From Haliotis cracherodii (Eukaryota): a stretch of DNA of 64,000 nucleotides. Positions 14,116 to 26,000 of this stretch are shown here, piece by piece. Position numbers and translations under genes: made by a program. Each line of letters opens with the position of its first letter. Position 1 is the first letter of the stretch. The stretch is from NCBI RefSeq assembly GCF_022045235.1, contig NW_027266286.1, positions 75,516,001-75,580,000 on the forward strand, given 5' to 3'. The notes under the pieces were generated by a model. It had not been told where the DNA came from, did not search any database, and was given only the letters and a program-made list of their open reading frames with translations.

Positions 14116-15009
14116 AAGACTTTAGGTTAAACACTCTCATAGAAATCACGAGAAATTAATTTACATTCGTGTGAATGAAATATTGATTCTCGTAAACAAT
14201 TGCGCTTTACAAATGCCAACTAAATGGTGGTACCGGGGATTCCAAAACACTTTAATTATCTACTGAATACTGTCATGTCAAATGTGCCTCTTCTCAACTC
14301 AAAACAATATTGCCAATAGTTTATGTTTGTATCAGATTGCAATACGTCTTTGTGGGCGTTAAATCGCAATATTTCTAGTATTTCAAGATCAGCTATGATA
14401 AAAGTGCCTGGTATGAATCATTCTTATATCTGACGCCTTTTCATTTTTTATACTATCTACATGCTTGAACACTTACCAAATATAGAAGGTATTGATTTCC
14501 TTGATGCAAATGCAATACTGAAGGAGTCCGTGGTATCGACTGAATCCACCACGTGTCCATGCATACTAGGAAAACGCCTGCATGCATTGAATCCCGTTGC
14601 AACATCATGGGAAAAGGGTGGGGCATGTTTGAGTCTACTAGATACACGGACCGAGTAAATACCGAATCCCCAACTTGTATACAGGGGATGGAGTAAACAT
14701 GATACATATATTGAATGCCTCAGGTGCTATTGCAAAATCGGAAGAGGGTGGCGATCCCATACCATGAATAAGGCACTCGGGAATCACTAAAGAACTGCTT
14801 TTAGATATAAAGTGTTTTACAATAACCGAAACAGTTTACATTAGAAACGGTGATACTACTATTGTGATATAGCAGCCTTGATGACATCTGAAAAGATATA
14901 AACATGTCAGTTATTGAAATATGGCCCAATATATCGGGAACATATCGGGATCATATCGGAATCACAACTCTTGATATTGATACTGTCGAAACAGGCCGAC
15001 AGTGATGTC

Positions 15010-15680
15010 GTTTTCAAGAGAAGTCACAACATTCAGAACGCTATAAAAGCCACAGGAAAGCCACCATCCAGCCACAAGCTGGGACCATCAGGATCAGTGT
15101 ACCACATTCCCTGCAATTGTAGACAGCCTTATATTAGCGAAACATCAAGGCCCCTCAAAACCCGAATCAAAGAACATCAAAGCTCAGTCTCCAAAGATGA
15201 CACTAAGTCAGCGTTATCAGACCATATCCGACAACCCAAGCCACATCATCCAGTGGGACAAAGTCAAAACCCTCACCACCAACCTCAAAGACTTCAAAAT
15301 CCGAAGACTACAAGAAGCCATCGACATCAAAAGACTCCAATCATCAATCATCATCAATGTAAGCTATTACATACCCCAGGCGTACCATCAACTCATCAAA
15401 GATCCCAATCAGTCATAATCCTTTTGCTTATATTACTTGCTTCACCCTTTTGGGTACATAACAGGCTTCTCCACTCCAGAGTACTACACCTTAAATCTAC
15501 TGTTCTGTATACACACTGCCTCCTACCCATATATACGAGTACTTACCAACACACTCTGTACATCACTTGCTTGATAACTATCTTAGGACCTACACCGAAA
15601 CGTCGCTCCTAATTGTAAAAAAGAAGATTTTCATCCATATGTCTTATCCTTACTCAGTACTCAAACTTCTAAATGCTTCT
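15010..15680 (+). mobile_element. Penelope-like element 3' fragment: frameshifted GIY-YIG endonuclease plus pLTR
   Basis: GSVYHIPCNCRQPYISETSRPLKTRIKEH...KSALSDH / IIQWDKVKTL...RRLQEAIDI. Followed by the pLTR with TTGATAA...CCGAAACGTCG. Confidence 0.82.
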
Positions 15681-15837
15681 CAAAGAAGGTATTCTGGAGT
15701 TTGACTCTTAACCTGAATCCCTAAGTACGTACAGACGTGACCTTCGACGAGATCAGCAATGACTCTTTCCCCAAGTAAACTGACCGATCCTCCCTCTTCT
15801 TCTTCTTCTTCTTGATAACTTTTTTTTACGGTAGTGA

Positions 15838-16000
15838 TTGAGTGAGTTTGGTTTAACGCCGCTTTTAGCAATACTCCAGTAATATCGAGGCGGGAGATAC
15901 CAGACATGGGCTTCACACATTGTACCCTTGTCGGGAATCGAGCCCGGGTTTTCGGCGTGACGAGCGAACGCTTTAACCACTTGGCTATCCGACCGCCCCC
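15838..16000 (-). mobile_element. Short tRNA(Asp-like)-derived SINE (family B)
   Basis: Head GGGGCGGTCGGATAGCCAAGTGGTTAAAGCGTTCGCTCGTCACGCCGAAAACCCGGGCTCGATTCCC; shares the GCGGCGTTAAACCAAACTCACTC tail with family A. Confidence 0.78.
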
Positions 16001-16014
16001 TCTGATGATCCGAC

Positions 16015-16700
16015 ATCAGAAGTTGGCATTGCCATTGGCACCAGTTGTTCCCACCTCCTTGCTGATCTGCTTCTTATGCAGATAATGGGAACACAGGAAG
16101 AAGTGGCCAAGAAATTTAATAACTTAATTTTCATGTATATTGATGGTCTGATATCGATCAATAATTGTCAAATAGACAATTACCTTCAACGATCCGTGAA
16201 TAACAAAGAACAGTGACATTTGGTTCATGTTTAGATTGGTGCAGTCAAGTTACTTGTAAAGTATCCACAGGACTGTAGAACAAGAGGGATAACTTCAACT
16301 TTTCAAAAGTCAACTTTATGTCGAGCAATATTCCAGCAGCTCCAGCCTTTGGTGATTTCATTAGGTTTGAAGTACAATCGAGCCTGCCTTTTCAATGAAG
16401 ATTTCAGCGTCATGTGATTGTTGCTAAAAATGTTTGATTAGGGTTATAATGACCGGTGCCATTCCCTGTACCACATGTTCCCATATTTAGTTGAAGGTGA
16501 GCAGCTGACTTGCCCTTGAATGTGTTTGTGACGAGTGTCACCCCAGGGGAAGGGTATGCACACCCCTTTGCGAACACCTGGTGTCCTCGCTATTAAACAG
16601 TGATTCTTAAACACAAGCTCATGATACACTTACAATCGTACAATGGACTTTCTGCTTTTAGAAGTGATTTCTTATCATTATGGTTATTGTGTGGTTTATA
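16015..16700 (+). mobile_element. Degenerate Penelope-like (Naiad-type) RT fragment and 3' region
   Basis: Broken frames read VGIAIGTSCSHLLADLLL, FMYIDGLISINN, RDNFNFSKVNF.SSNIPAAPAFG. A second fragment lies at ~29820-30010. Confidence 0.62.
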
Positions 16701-16976
16701 TTCACATCATTCGATGCCTCAGTAAAGCTTTCGAAATGTTTTATGTGGAGGACATTTCCAAATTTCACGCGCCAGTAACCACAATTATGTTTTTCAGGTG
16801 AAGACTGTTCTTGCCTTTTCACGTGTTTGTGAAAGATGTCATGGGGATGAATACGCTAACTGTGTGTTTGTTCTTTAACGCCGTACCCAGGAATATTCCA
16901 GTTATATGACGGTCGTCTGTTTTCAATGGACCCTGGACCCTGGACCCTGGAGCAGACAATACGGTGGTTATCATCA

Positions 16977-17397
16977 AGAGCAACAATGTGTGGAGTTGGG
17001 ACACGATGACATACATCAATCAAGTTAGCGACCCTGACACCCGATCCCGTTAGCAGAGCAACAATGTGTGCAGTTGGGACACGATGACATACATCAATCA
17101 AGTTAGCGACCCTGACACCCGATCCCGTTAGCAGAGCAACAATGTGTGGAGCTGAGACACGATGACGTACATCAATCAAGTTAGCGACCCTGACACCCGA
17201 CCCTGTTAGCAGAGCAACAATGTGTGAAGTTGGGACACGATGACATACATCAATCAAGTTAGCGACCCTGACACCCGACTCCGTTAGCAGAGCAACAATG
17301 TGTGCAGTTGGGACACGATGACATACATCAATCAAGTTAGCGACCGACCCTGACACCCGACCCCGTTAGCAGAGCAACAATGTGTGGAGTTGGGATA
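16977..17397. repeat. 78-bp tandem repeat derived from a family D retroposon
   Basis: agagcaacaatgtgtg.agttgggacacgatgacatacatcaatcaagttagcgaccctgacacccga.cccgttagc x ~5. Confidence 0.9.
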
Positions 17398-17499
17398 CTA
17401 ACAAACACCCAGTGTGATCGCTGTTTGATAGTGATTCTTAAACACATGCTAATGATATTGTCGGAACAGTACAATCGACTCTGTTTTCAGCCGTGAATA

Positions 17500-18925
17500 T
17501 GAGATGTGAGTTTGATATATCTTTATTTGGGCTTATGTAGGTGTCAGGTACAGATGTGAGTTTGATATATCTTTGTTTGGGCATGTGTAGGTGTCAGGTA
17601 CAGATGTGAGTTTGTTATATCTTAGTTTGGGAATATGTGGGTGTCAGATACAGATATGAGTTTGTCATATCTTTGGGCATATGTAGGTGTCAGGTACAGA
17701 TGTGAGTTTGATATATCCTTGTTTGGACATATGTTGGTGTCAGGTACAGATGTGAGTTTGATATATCTTTCCTTGGGCAAATGTAGGTGTCAGGTACAGA
17801 TGTGAGTTTCATATATCTTAGTTTGTGAATTTGTGGGTGTCAGGTACAGATGTGTGTTTGATATATCTTTGCTTGGGCAAATGTAGGTGTCAGGTACAGA
17901 TGTGAGTTTCATATATCTTAGTTTGGGAACATGTGGGTGTCAGGTACAGATGTGAGTTTGATATATCTTTGCTTGGACATGTGTAAGTGTCAGGTACAGA
18001 TGTGAGTTTCATATATCTTTGTTTGGGCAAATGTAGGTGTCAGGTACAGATGTGAGTTTCATATATCTTTGTTTGGGCATATGTAGGTGTAAGGTACAGA
18101 TGCGAGTTTGATATATCCTTGTTTGGGCAAATGTAGGTGTCAGGTACAGATGTGAGTTTGATATATCCTTGTTTGGGCATATGTAGGTGTAAGGTACAGA
18201 TGCGAGTTTGATATATCCTTGTTTGGGCATATGTAGGTGTCAGGTACAGATGTGAGTTTGATATATCTTTGTTTGGGTAACTGTAGGTGTCAGGTACAGA
18301 TGTGAGTTTGATATATCCTTGTTTGGGCAAATGTAGGTGTCAGGTACAGATGTGAGTTTGATATATCCTTGTTTGGGCAAATGTAGGTGTAAGGTACAGA
18401 TGTGAGTTTGATATATCCTTGTTTGGGCAACTGTAGGTGTCAGGTACAGATGTGAGTTTGATATATCCTTGTTTGGGCATATGTAGGTTTCAGGTGGAGA
18501 TGTGAGTTTTATATATCTTTGTATGGGTATGTGTAGGTGTCAGGTACAGATGTGAGTTTGATATATCCTTGTTTGGGCAAATGTAGGTGTCAGGTACAGA
18601 TGTCAGTTTGATATATCCTTGTTTGGGCATATGTAGGTGTCAGGTACAGATGTGAGTTTGATACAACTCTGTGCATATGTAGGTGTCAGGTACAGATGTG
18701 AGTTTGATATATCCTTGTTTGGGCGTATGTAGGTGTCAGGTACATATGTGAGTTTGATATAACTCTGTGCATATGTAGGTGTCAGGTACAGATGTGAGTT
18801 TGATATATCCTTGTTTGGGCATATGTAGGTTTCAGGTGGAGATGTGAGTTTTATATATCTTTGTATGGGTATGTGTAGGTTTCAGGTACTGATGTGAGTT
18901 TGATATATGTTTGTATGAAAATGTA
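17500..18925. repeat. 50-bp tandem repeat
   Basis: gtaggtgtcaggtacagatgtgagtttgatatatccttgtttgggcatat x ~28. Confidence 0.95.
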
Positions 18926-18959
18926 TGGAAATGTTTTTGCTTGTGTTCGTACGGGAAAT

Positions 18960-20290
18960 TTAGAAATTTTAGAACTGACGCATTTCAGACCGATTTAGAT
19001 AATTGTTGCAACAAAAGGTATTTTTGTGAATGAGTTTATTGATGAAATCAAATTGTTGCTGTTTGCGGATGACATTGTCTTAGTAGCAGAACTCTGTAAT
19101 TGAGCATCTTTTTGTGATACCTGGGGCCTGGGAGTCAACCTGGATAAATAAAATATAATTGTATTCAAAATTGGTGGTGTTATTACACCACTTGAAAAAA
19201 TGGTTCTATAAAAATACAGAACTGAAAATAGTGACATATAATAAATACTTGGGCATTGTCTTTTCATCACGTCTTCTGTTGTCTTAGGTCTGTGACACCC
19301 TAGCTACACAGGCCAAGAAAACATGTTTTCCTATTTTTAAGTTGACTAAGCTCTATCCGTACATGCCATTTAAGGTAATTGTTTCTATATTCGATAGTAA
19401 AATAGCTTCGATTGCTTGTTATGGAAGTGAAATTTGAGGATTTATATTTGGAGAAAGTATAGAAAAAGTCCAAAGTGTTTTAAAGATATTTACAAACAAG
19501 TAATGAAGCATCATCTAATGCGGTTCTTGGTGAAGTTGGCCGTTATCATCTGAGTGTTATTTATTTCAGCCGATGTATAAGATATTGGTGTAGATTGATA
19601 CGCATGAATTCAAATCGACTTCCACATGCTTGTTATAAAATGCTGAAAGTACAAGATGATAATGGCGGTGTAAATTGGGCTTCTCATGCGGGAATGCTTT
19701 TGTTTAAATCTGGTTTTGGTTATGCGTGGATATCAAAGGACTGTGGACATATACATTGTTTTATGGAATTATTCAAGAGAAGAAGTATTGTCATGGTTGT
19801 ACAAAGCTGGACTCTAAACATTAACAGTTCTGTGTTCGTGAACCATTATGCGTCATATAAATCACTATTTGAAACTAAACTCTGTATAACCTCATGCTTT
19901 GATAAGGATCTTGTAAGAGTTTAAGCGAAATTTCGATGTTAAGCACATGGTTTAAAAGAACAAAAACAGCGCTTTAGCAAGCAGTTTATGCAACCGGAAT
20001 TTGTATTCTGTGAAAAGTGTGATTTATAATAATTAGAAAATGAATATCATTTTGCACTAGTTTGTACATATTACGAGAAAAGCAGAGAAAGTTTAATTCC
20101 CCGTTATCTTCATCACTGTCCATAAAAACAGAAATTTGCCTACCTGATGTCCCCCAAAAATGTTAATGTTATAAGGGGGTTTGCTCTTTATCTAAAGATA
20201 AATTTGCCAGTTTATCATTCAACAGAAGTGTTAATCTGTATTAAAGATAGTACGCATGTTATATGAAAAATATTTGTACTCTTGGCCACG
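18960..20290 (+). mobile_element. Decayed LINE RT fragment, RTE-X-like
   Basis: LLLFADDIVLVAE, FCDTWGLGVNLDK, ACYGSEI*GF, LGEVGRYHL, CIRYWCRLIRMNSNRLPHACYKML, ENEYHFALVC; many stops and frameshifts. Interrupts the 50-bp satellite. Confidence 0.75.
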
Positions 20291-20649
20291 AGGCCTTCAA
20301 TACTGAGTAACCTCTCTCTCTGTAAGGATATGTGCAGGTGTCAAGTACTTATGTGAAGTTCATTTATCATCCAAAACTGACTTCTAGAGGGAGATATATT
20401 GTAGAAATCGCTGCAATGAAATTGCATAACAATGCTTTCAATTGCAAACCATTGTGATGTATTTTGGTCCATGACGTCACAATCAAATGACATCACTAAT
20501 GACTCTGTTACTGAAGCTGTTAGCAGTACTTTTTACTCTTAAGACACTGCTTATTACTGTCTACATACTGAAAGTGGAAAAAACTCCTCGGGAAGTTTCG
20601 TGTTTTTGGTTGATATTTGATATCAAAAGACACGAGGGTGAGATTCTCT

Positions 20650-22400
20650 ATATATCTTTGTTTGGGCATGTGTAGGTGTCAGGTACTAATGTGAGTTTGA
20701 TATATCTTTGTCCGGGTACATATAGGTGTCAGGTGCAGATGGATATGTCATTGTCTGAGTGTCTGTAGGTTTCAGGTGCAGATGGATATGTCATTGTGTG
20801 AGTGTCTGTAGGTGCCAGGTGCAGATGGATATATCATTGTGTGAGTGTCTGTAGATTTCAGGTGCACATGGATATATCATTGTCTGAGTGTCTGTAGGTG
20901 TCAGGTGCAGATGGATATGTCATTGTCTGAGTGTCTGTAGGTGTCAGGTGCAGATGGATATATCATTGTCTGAGTGTCTGTAGGTGTCAGGTGCAGATGG
21001 ATATATCATTGTCTGAATGTTTGTAGGTGTCATGTACTCTTAGATACACTAATTAAGACGGGCCGACCTTGTGTTCATGGTCTGGTGAACACAGGTCAAT
21101 GGCCGCTCATTAACTCACTGTTTTGATTTATCTCACTATCCACTATCTCACTATCCATTTGATATATTTTCCTACTTCAACTGAAACCCGGTCCCCTGTT
21201 ACATGCATGACTCACGCGTGCTCAACGGGTTGCACACGCGCTGCACACCCGTTGCACGCGCGTGTTCAACGGGTGCTCAACCCGTGTGCAACTCGTTGAG
21301 CACTCGTGTCATATGCGTGTTACACGCGTTCTCAACGCGTGTTAGGGGAATGAACCTTTAGGCAGTAGTGTATGTCATTGTCTGAGTGTCTGTAGGCGTC
21401 AGGTACAGATGGATATGTCATTATCTGAGTGTCTGTAGGCGTCAGGTACAGATGGTTATGTCACTGTCTGAGTGTCTGTAGGTGTCAGGTACAGATGGTT
21501 ATGTCACTGTCTGAGTGTCTGTAGGTTTCAGGTACAGATGGATATGTCATTGTCTGAGTGTCTGTAGGTGTCAGGTACAGATGGTTATGTCACTGTCTGA
21601 GTGTCTGTAGGTGTCAGGTACAGATGGTTATGTCACTGTCTGATTGTCTGTAGGTTTCAGGTACATATGGTTATGTCACTGTCTGAGTGTCTGTAGGTGT
21701 CAGGTACAGATGGTTATGTCACTGTCTGAGTGTCTGTAGGTTTCAGGTACAGATGGATATGTCATTGTCTGAGTGTCTGTAGGTGTCAGGTACATATGGT
21801 TATGTCACTGTCTGAGTGTATGTAGGTTTCAGGTACAGATGGATATGTCACTGTCTGAGTGTCTGTAGGTGTCAGGTACATATGGTTATGTCACTGTCTG
21901 AGTGTCTGTAGGTTTCAGGTACAGATGGATATGTCATTGTCTGAGTGTCTGTAGGTGTCAGGTACAGATGGTTATGTCACTGTCTGAGTGTCTGTAGGCG
22001 TCAGGTACAGATGGATATGTCATTGTCTGAGTGTCTGTAGGTGTCAGGTACAGATGGTTATGTCATTGTCTGAGTGTCTGTAGGTGTCAGGTACAGATGG
22101 TTATGTCATTGTCTGAGTGTCTGTAGGTGTCAGGTACAGATGAATATGTCACTGTCTGAGTGTCTGTAGGTGTCAGGTACAGATGGTTATGTCATTGTCT
22201 GAGTGTCTGTAGGCGTCAGGTACAGATGGATATGTCATTGTCTGAGTGTCTGTAGGTGTCAGGTACAGATGGTTATGTCACTGTCTGAGTGTCTGTAGGT
22301 GTCAGGTGCAGATGGTTATGTCACTGTCTGAGTGTCTGTAGGTGTCAGGTACAGATGGTTATGTCACTGTCTGAGTGTCTGTAGGTGTCAGGTGCAAATG
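20650..22400. repeat. 43-bp tandem repeat (interrupted at ~21035-21370)
   Basis: tgtctgagtgtctgtaggtgtcaggtacagatgg(a/t)tatgtca(t/c); shares a 20-bp core with the 50-bp array. Confidence 0.95.
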
Positions 22401-23038
22401 GACAGACGAAGTCTTCGTTTGTTGACAAATTCACTTTTATTTGGTTGTGAATATTACACTAATTAGACACCACATAGGACATACATCTGATCTTGTATCA
22501 AGACTTTAATCATCCCTTACTTGTGTGTTAATATGTTTTTCGTATTTATGAAAATATACCAATTATTGATAAATTTGTGTTCCAATGAATAACTGCTAGT
22601 GTACTAACACAAATACAAATAATTACTCTGGATGAGGTCATTCCAGTTACTTAGCTGCGAACCGAAAATGTTAGTGTACCTGACGCCATCTTGTTTTCTC
22701 GTTGACGGGTCCATGTTCATCACGTGACAGGTCAAAACCGATCATGTTACGAGTCAATATTCGAGGCCAGCGTCAGTCACACGATTTGGGGGTCTTCATT
22801 GAAATGTAATGTTTCGTCCCGTGGTACGGATTAACCAATGGACTTTCAAGATTCTCAATCTCTAACAATGTGAAATGATAGAAACGGTTTATATACATGA
22901 GAAAGTCTTGAGAACAACTTTATCACTGCAGACCGTCTGACATCACTACCTACCAACTATCGCTACACCAAGAGTCCGCCATACAGACAAGGTGCTGAGA
23001 CTGCTGAACCATCCTTGCTGGATGTCGGGATGAGATGG

Positions 23039-26000
23039 TCAGCCCGCAAACGCGTACTTCGTGTAAGTGATAATTGGGTGTTCGCAGACTTTGCAAGCAC
23101 CGCAACATTTGCGATTTCCCGGGCACTGATAGTCGAAGGTACATTCCGGAGGTTGGCCACACAACACACGGCCCCTGTGATAGTGATACACAGCGGCTGG
23201 GCAGAAGCCTCGTCTCACTGAAAGAGATGGAATATAATTGCAGACACTGAGTACTGACAGTGACGTGAACAGTTTACATATTAGTAGGTCGTGTCATTGC
23301 TACAACAGAAATGGAGCGTATTGCTGACCGGTTAAGTCTATTATGCCTTGTTGAATACGTGTACTAGTCCGGAGTGATGCCGATGTATAGTGCTAACTCA
23401 CTGCGATACCATTCTCAGACACAGTATACTGACTCCGAGCCGACCAGTCCTTGTTTTAGCCCCTTAATGCCGAGCGCCAGACAGGGTAACAACAAGTGCC
23501 ATCTTTTAACGTCTTTTGGTATGACGCGCCCGGGGAACAAACCCCGGGCCTTCCGCTCTCCGGTCAAGTTTACCAACGGTTGATTAAAATTCAACATGCC
23601 ATCCAACGACTACAGAACGTTATATCGAGTGAATCCTTTGAATTCACAAATTGAATGACATAGTTTGCTCCAATAGAGGAGTTGTCTGCCAAAGTGGCTG
23701 CTGTGGTGGTTATAAACAACATTCAAGCTGCCAGCTGTAACATGCACGTGGCTATTTTATAATACGTTAATTTGATGTTAGGCGATTCCGAGAAACGATC
23801 ATCGCTGGCATAACGGAGAAAACAGGTAGTATTTTACTGGAAACAACAGACACATATCTTTGTATATTTTGCGGAGAATATTATACTTCTGTAATCAGTT
23901 GAAATACCTTTGAGGACACACTCGGCCTGGGGGGTGCAGTACTGGGGTGTCGGGCATCTAATGCTACGACACAGTTGGCCGCGTGGGCATCGCACATCCT
24001 GCAAGGAAAATGTTCAGTGGAGATACTGGGAACTCAACGACTGCCACGAGGTTGAAAACATATTCCAAGATGACATCCATGACAAAAGCGACACGTAAAA
24101 CCACTTACATCAGGTATTGTTAATGTCAAATCTTCAAATTTAAAATAGCCTATGACACAATAAAACATACACACAATGTCATCAGATGCATCCAGGCCAT
24201 CTGTCGAATTGAATAGATGTTGCCTTCGCTTATACATATATGTTGATACATGGCGAAATGAAATTGTGTCAAAATCCTACTTGTTTCTTTCGTAAATACT
24301 GATATGACATGTAAATGACAACACGGCGTCTTCCGGGGGGCATATAAATATAAATACTATAATGCCTATCGTTACACAAGTTACCGAGCCGACGAAACTC
24401 CAAATGAATTAATATATCAACGTGTTACATTTACGAAATGAGGCACTTTGGTACACCAACTGAAAACTAGAGGAAAAAATAAGTCAATGTTTTCATATCT
24501 TATAAGATTGAATTTGTATTTATGTAACACATACCGCACAGGGATCCGGCTGTGCTGGCCTTTGTCCTGTACCTTGTGTTGGAGCAGGAGGCAGTGGATG
24601 TGCTAATCTTTGTCCTATTCCTGGAGCTGGGTCTACTGGTAGTCCACTTCCTTGTCCTATTCCTGGTGCTGGGTCTACTGATAGTGCACTTCCTTGTCCT
24701 ATTCCTGGTGCTGGGTCTACTGATAGTGCATTTCCTTGTCCAATTCCTGGTGCTGGGTCTACTGATAGTGCACTTACTTGTCCTATTCCTAGTGCTGGAT
24801 CTACTGATAGTGCACTTCCTTGTCCTATTCCTAGTGCTGGATCTACTGGTAGTGCATTTCCTTGTCCTATTCCTGCTGCTGGATCTACTGACAGAACACT
24901 TCCTTGTCCTAATGCTAGTGCTGGGTCTACTGGTAGTGCATTTCCTTGTCCTATTCCTGCTGCTGGATCTACTGACAGAACACTTCCTTGTCCTATTCCT
25001 AGTGCTGGGTCTACTGGTAGTGCATTTCCTTGTCCTATTCCTGGTGTTTGATCTAGTGGTAGCGGATGTGCTTGTCCTATTCCGGGTGTTTGATCTAGTG
25101 GTAGTGGATGTGCTTGTCCTATTCCTGATGTTTGATCTAGTGGTATCGGATGTGCTTGTCCGTGAACTGTGCCTAGTGCTGCATCTTGTGGCAGTGGCTG
25201 TATCTGAGTGTGTGCTGCTGACGGTACTGCAGCCGCTGCTGGTTGTGACGCCGATGCTGGTGCTGCTGCAACTGCGACTGGATGTACGTGTGCCGCTGTG
25301 TGTGCAACAAACAGCGGCTGTCCGTATGTAACCATGTGGTCAGCTGGGTGGGTCATCCACCAGTGGTGGGGAACCATCTTAACAAGCATCCCATAACTTG
25401 TCGCCCACACAGAGGCAAGTATCTGCAAGTCAGGAGAATGACAATGTTATCTAATGAGTTTTTTCCAGAATATTTATCATAGCACTATTTCTATTAATAG
25501 ATTAACTTAATTTACATAAGCATGCAATGCTAATAATTTAACTTTAAAAACTAATTTTTATTACAGAACTTCGATTGTCGACCTGAGTGTATATCACAAT
25601 ACTGCTTGCCACCCTCACGAAACAATCACACCCTTCCATGTCACTGTCAACAGGTGTTTGGGTGTAGGATATGAAACTCTTATCTTAACTTTTGATTTGT
25701 CGGTGACAAGAAAATCTACCAAAATGCTGTCGATCGGTATTTCTTTACATGATCCAATAATTGTATAACACCATCATTTCTTTAAAGTGTAAAGGACAAG
25801 ATTTACATGCCATTCTAGAATTTAGAAAATTCCCCCATATTCTGTGAATATAAGTGCCATTGTCCATTACAGTATAGAATTTATCACATTGTCTATTACA
25901 TTATAGTTTTTAAGAAAAAAACGACAGGGGAACATTGTACAACGAGTGAATCAAGGGGTTTATATACATTGTGTACGGCATCAAGGAAAACCAGTTTTCT

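Noticed and set aside
15925-16000. tRNA-Asp-like sequence as a true tRNA gene
   Set aside because: The acceptor stem does not close, and the sequence continues into a SINE body and tail.
24552-25331. Plus-strand 259-aa hydrophobic Leu/Val ORF
   Set aside because: Antisense shadow of the 42-bp coding repeat of the minus-strand gene.
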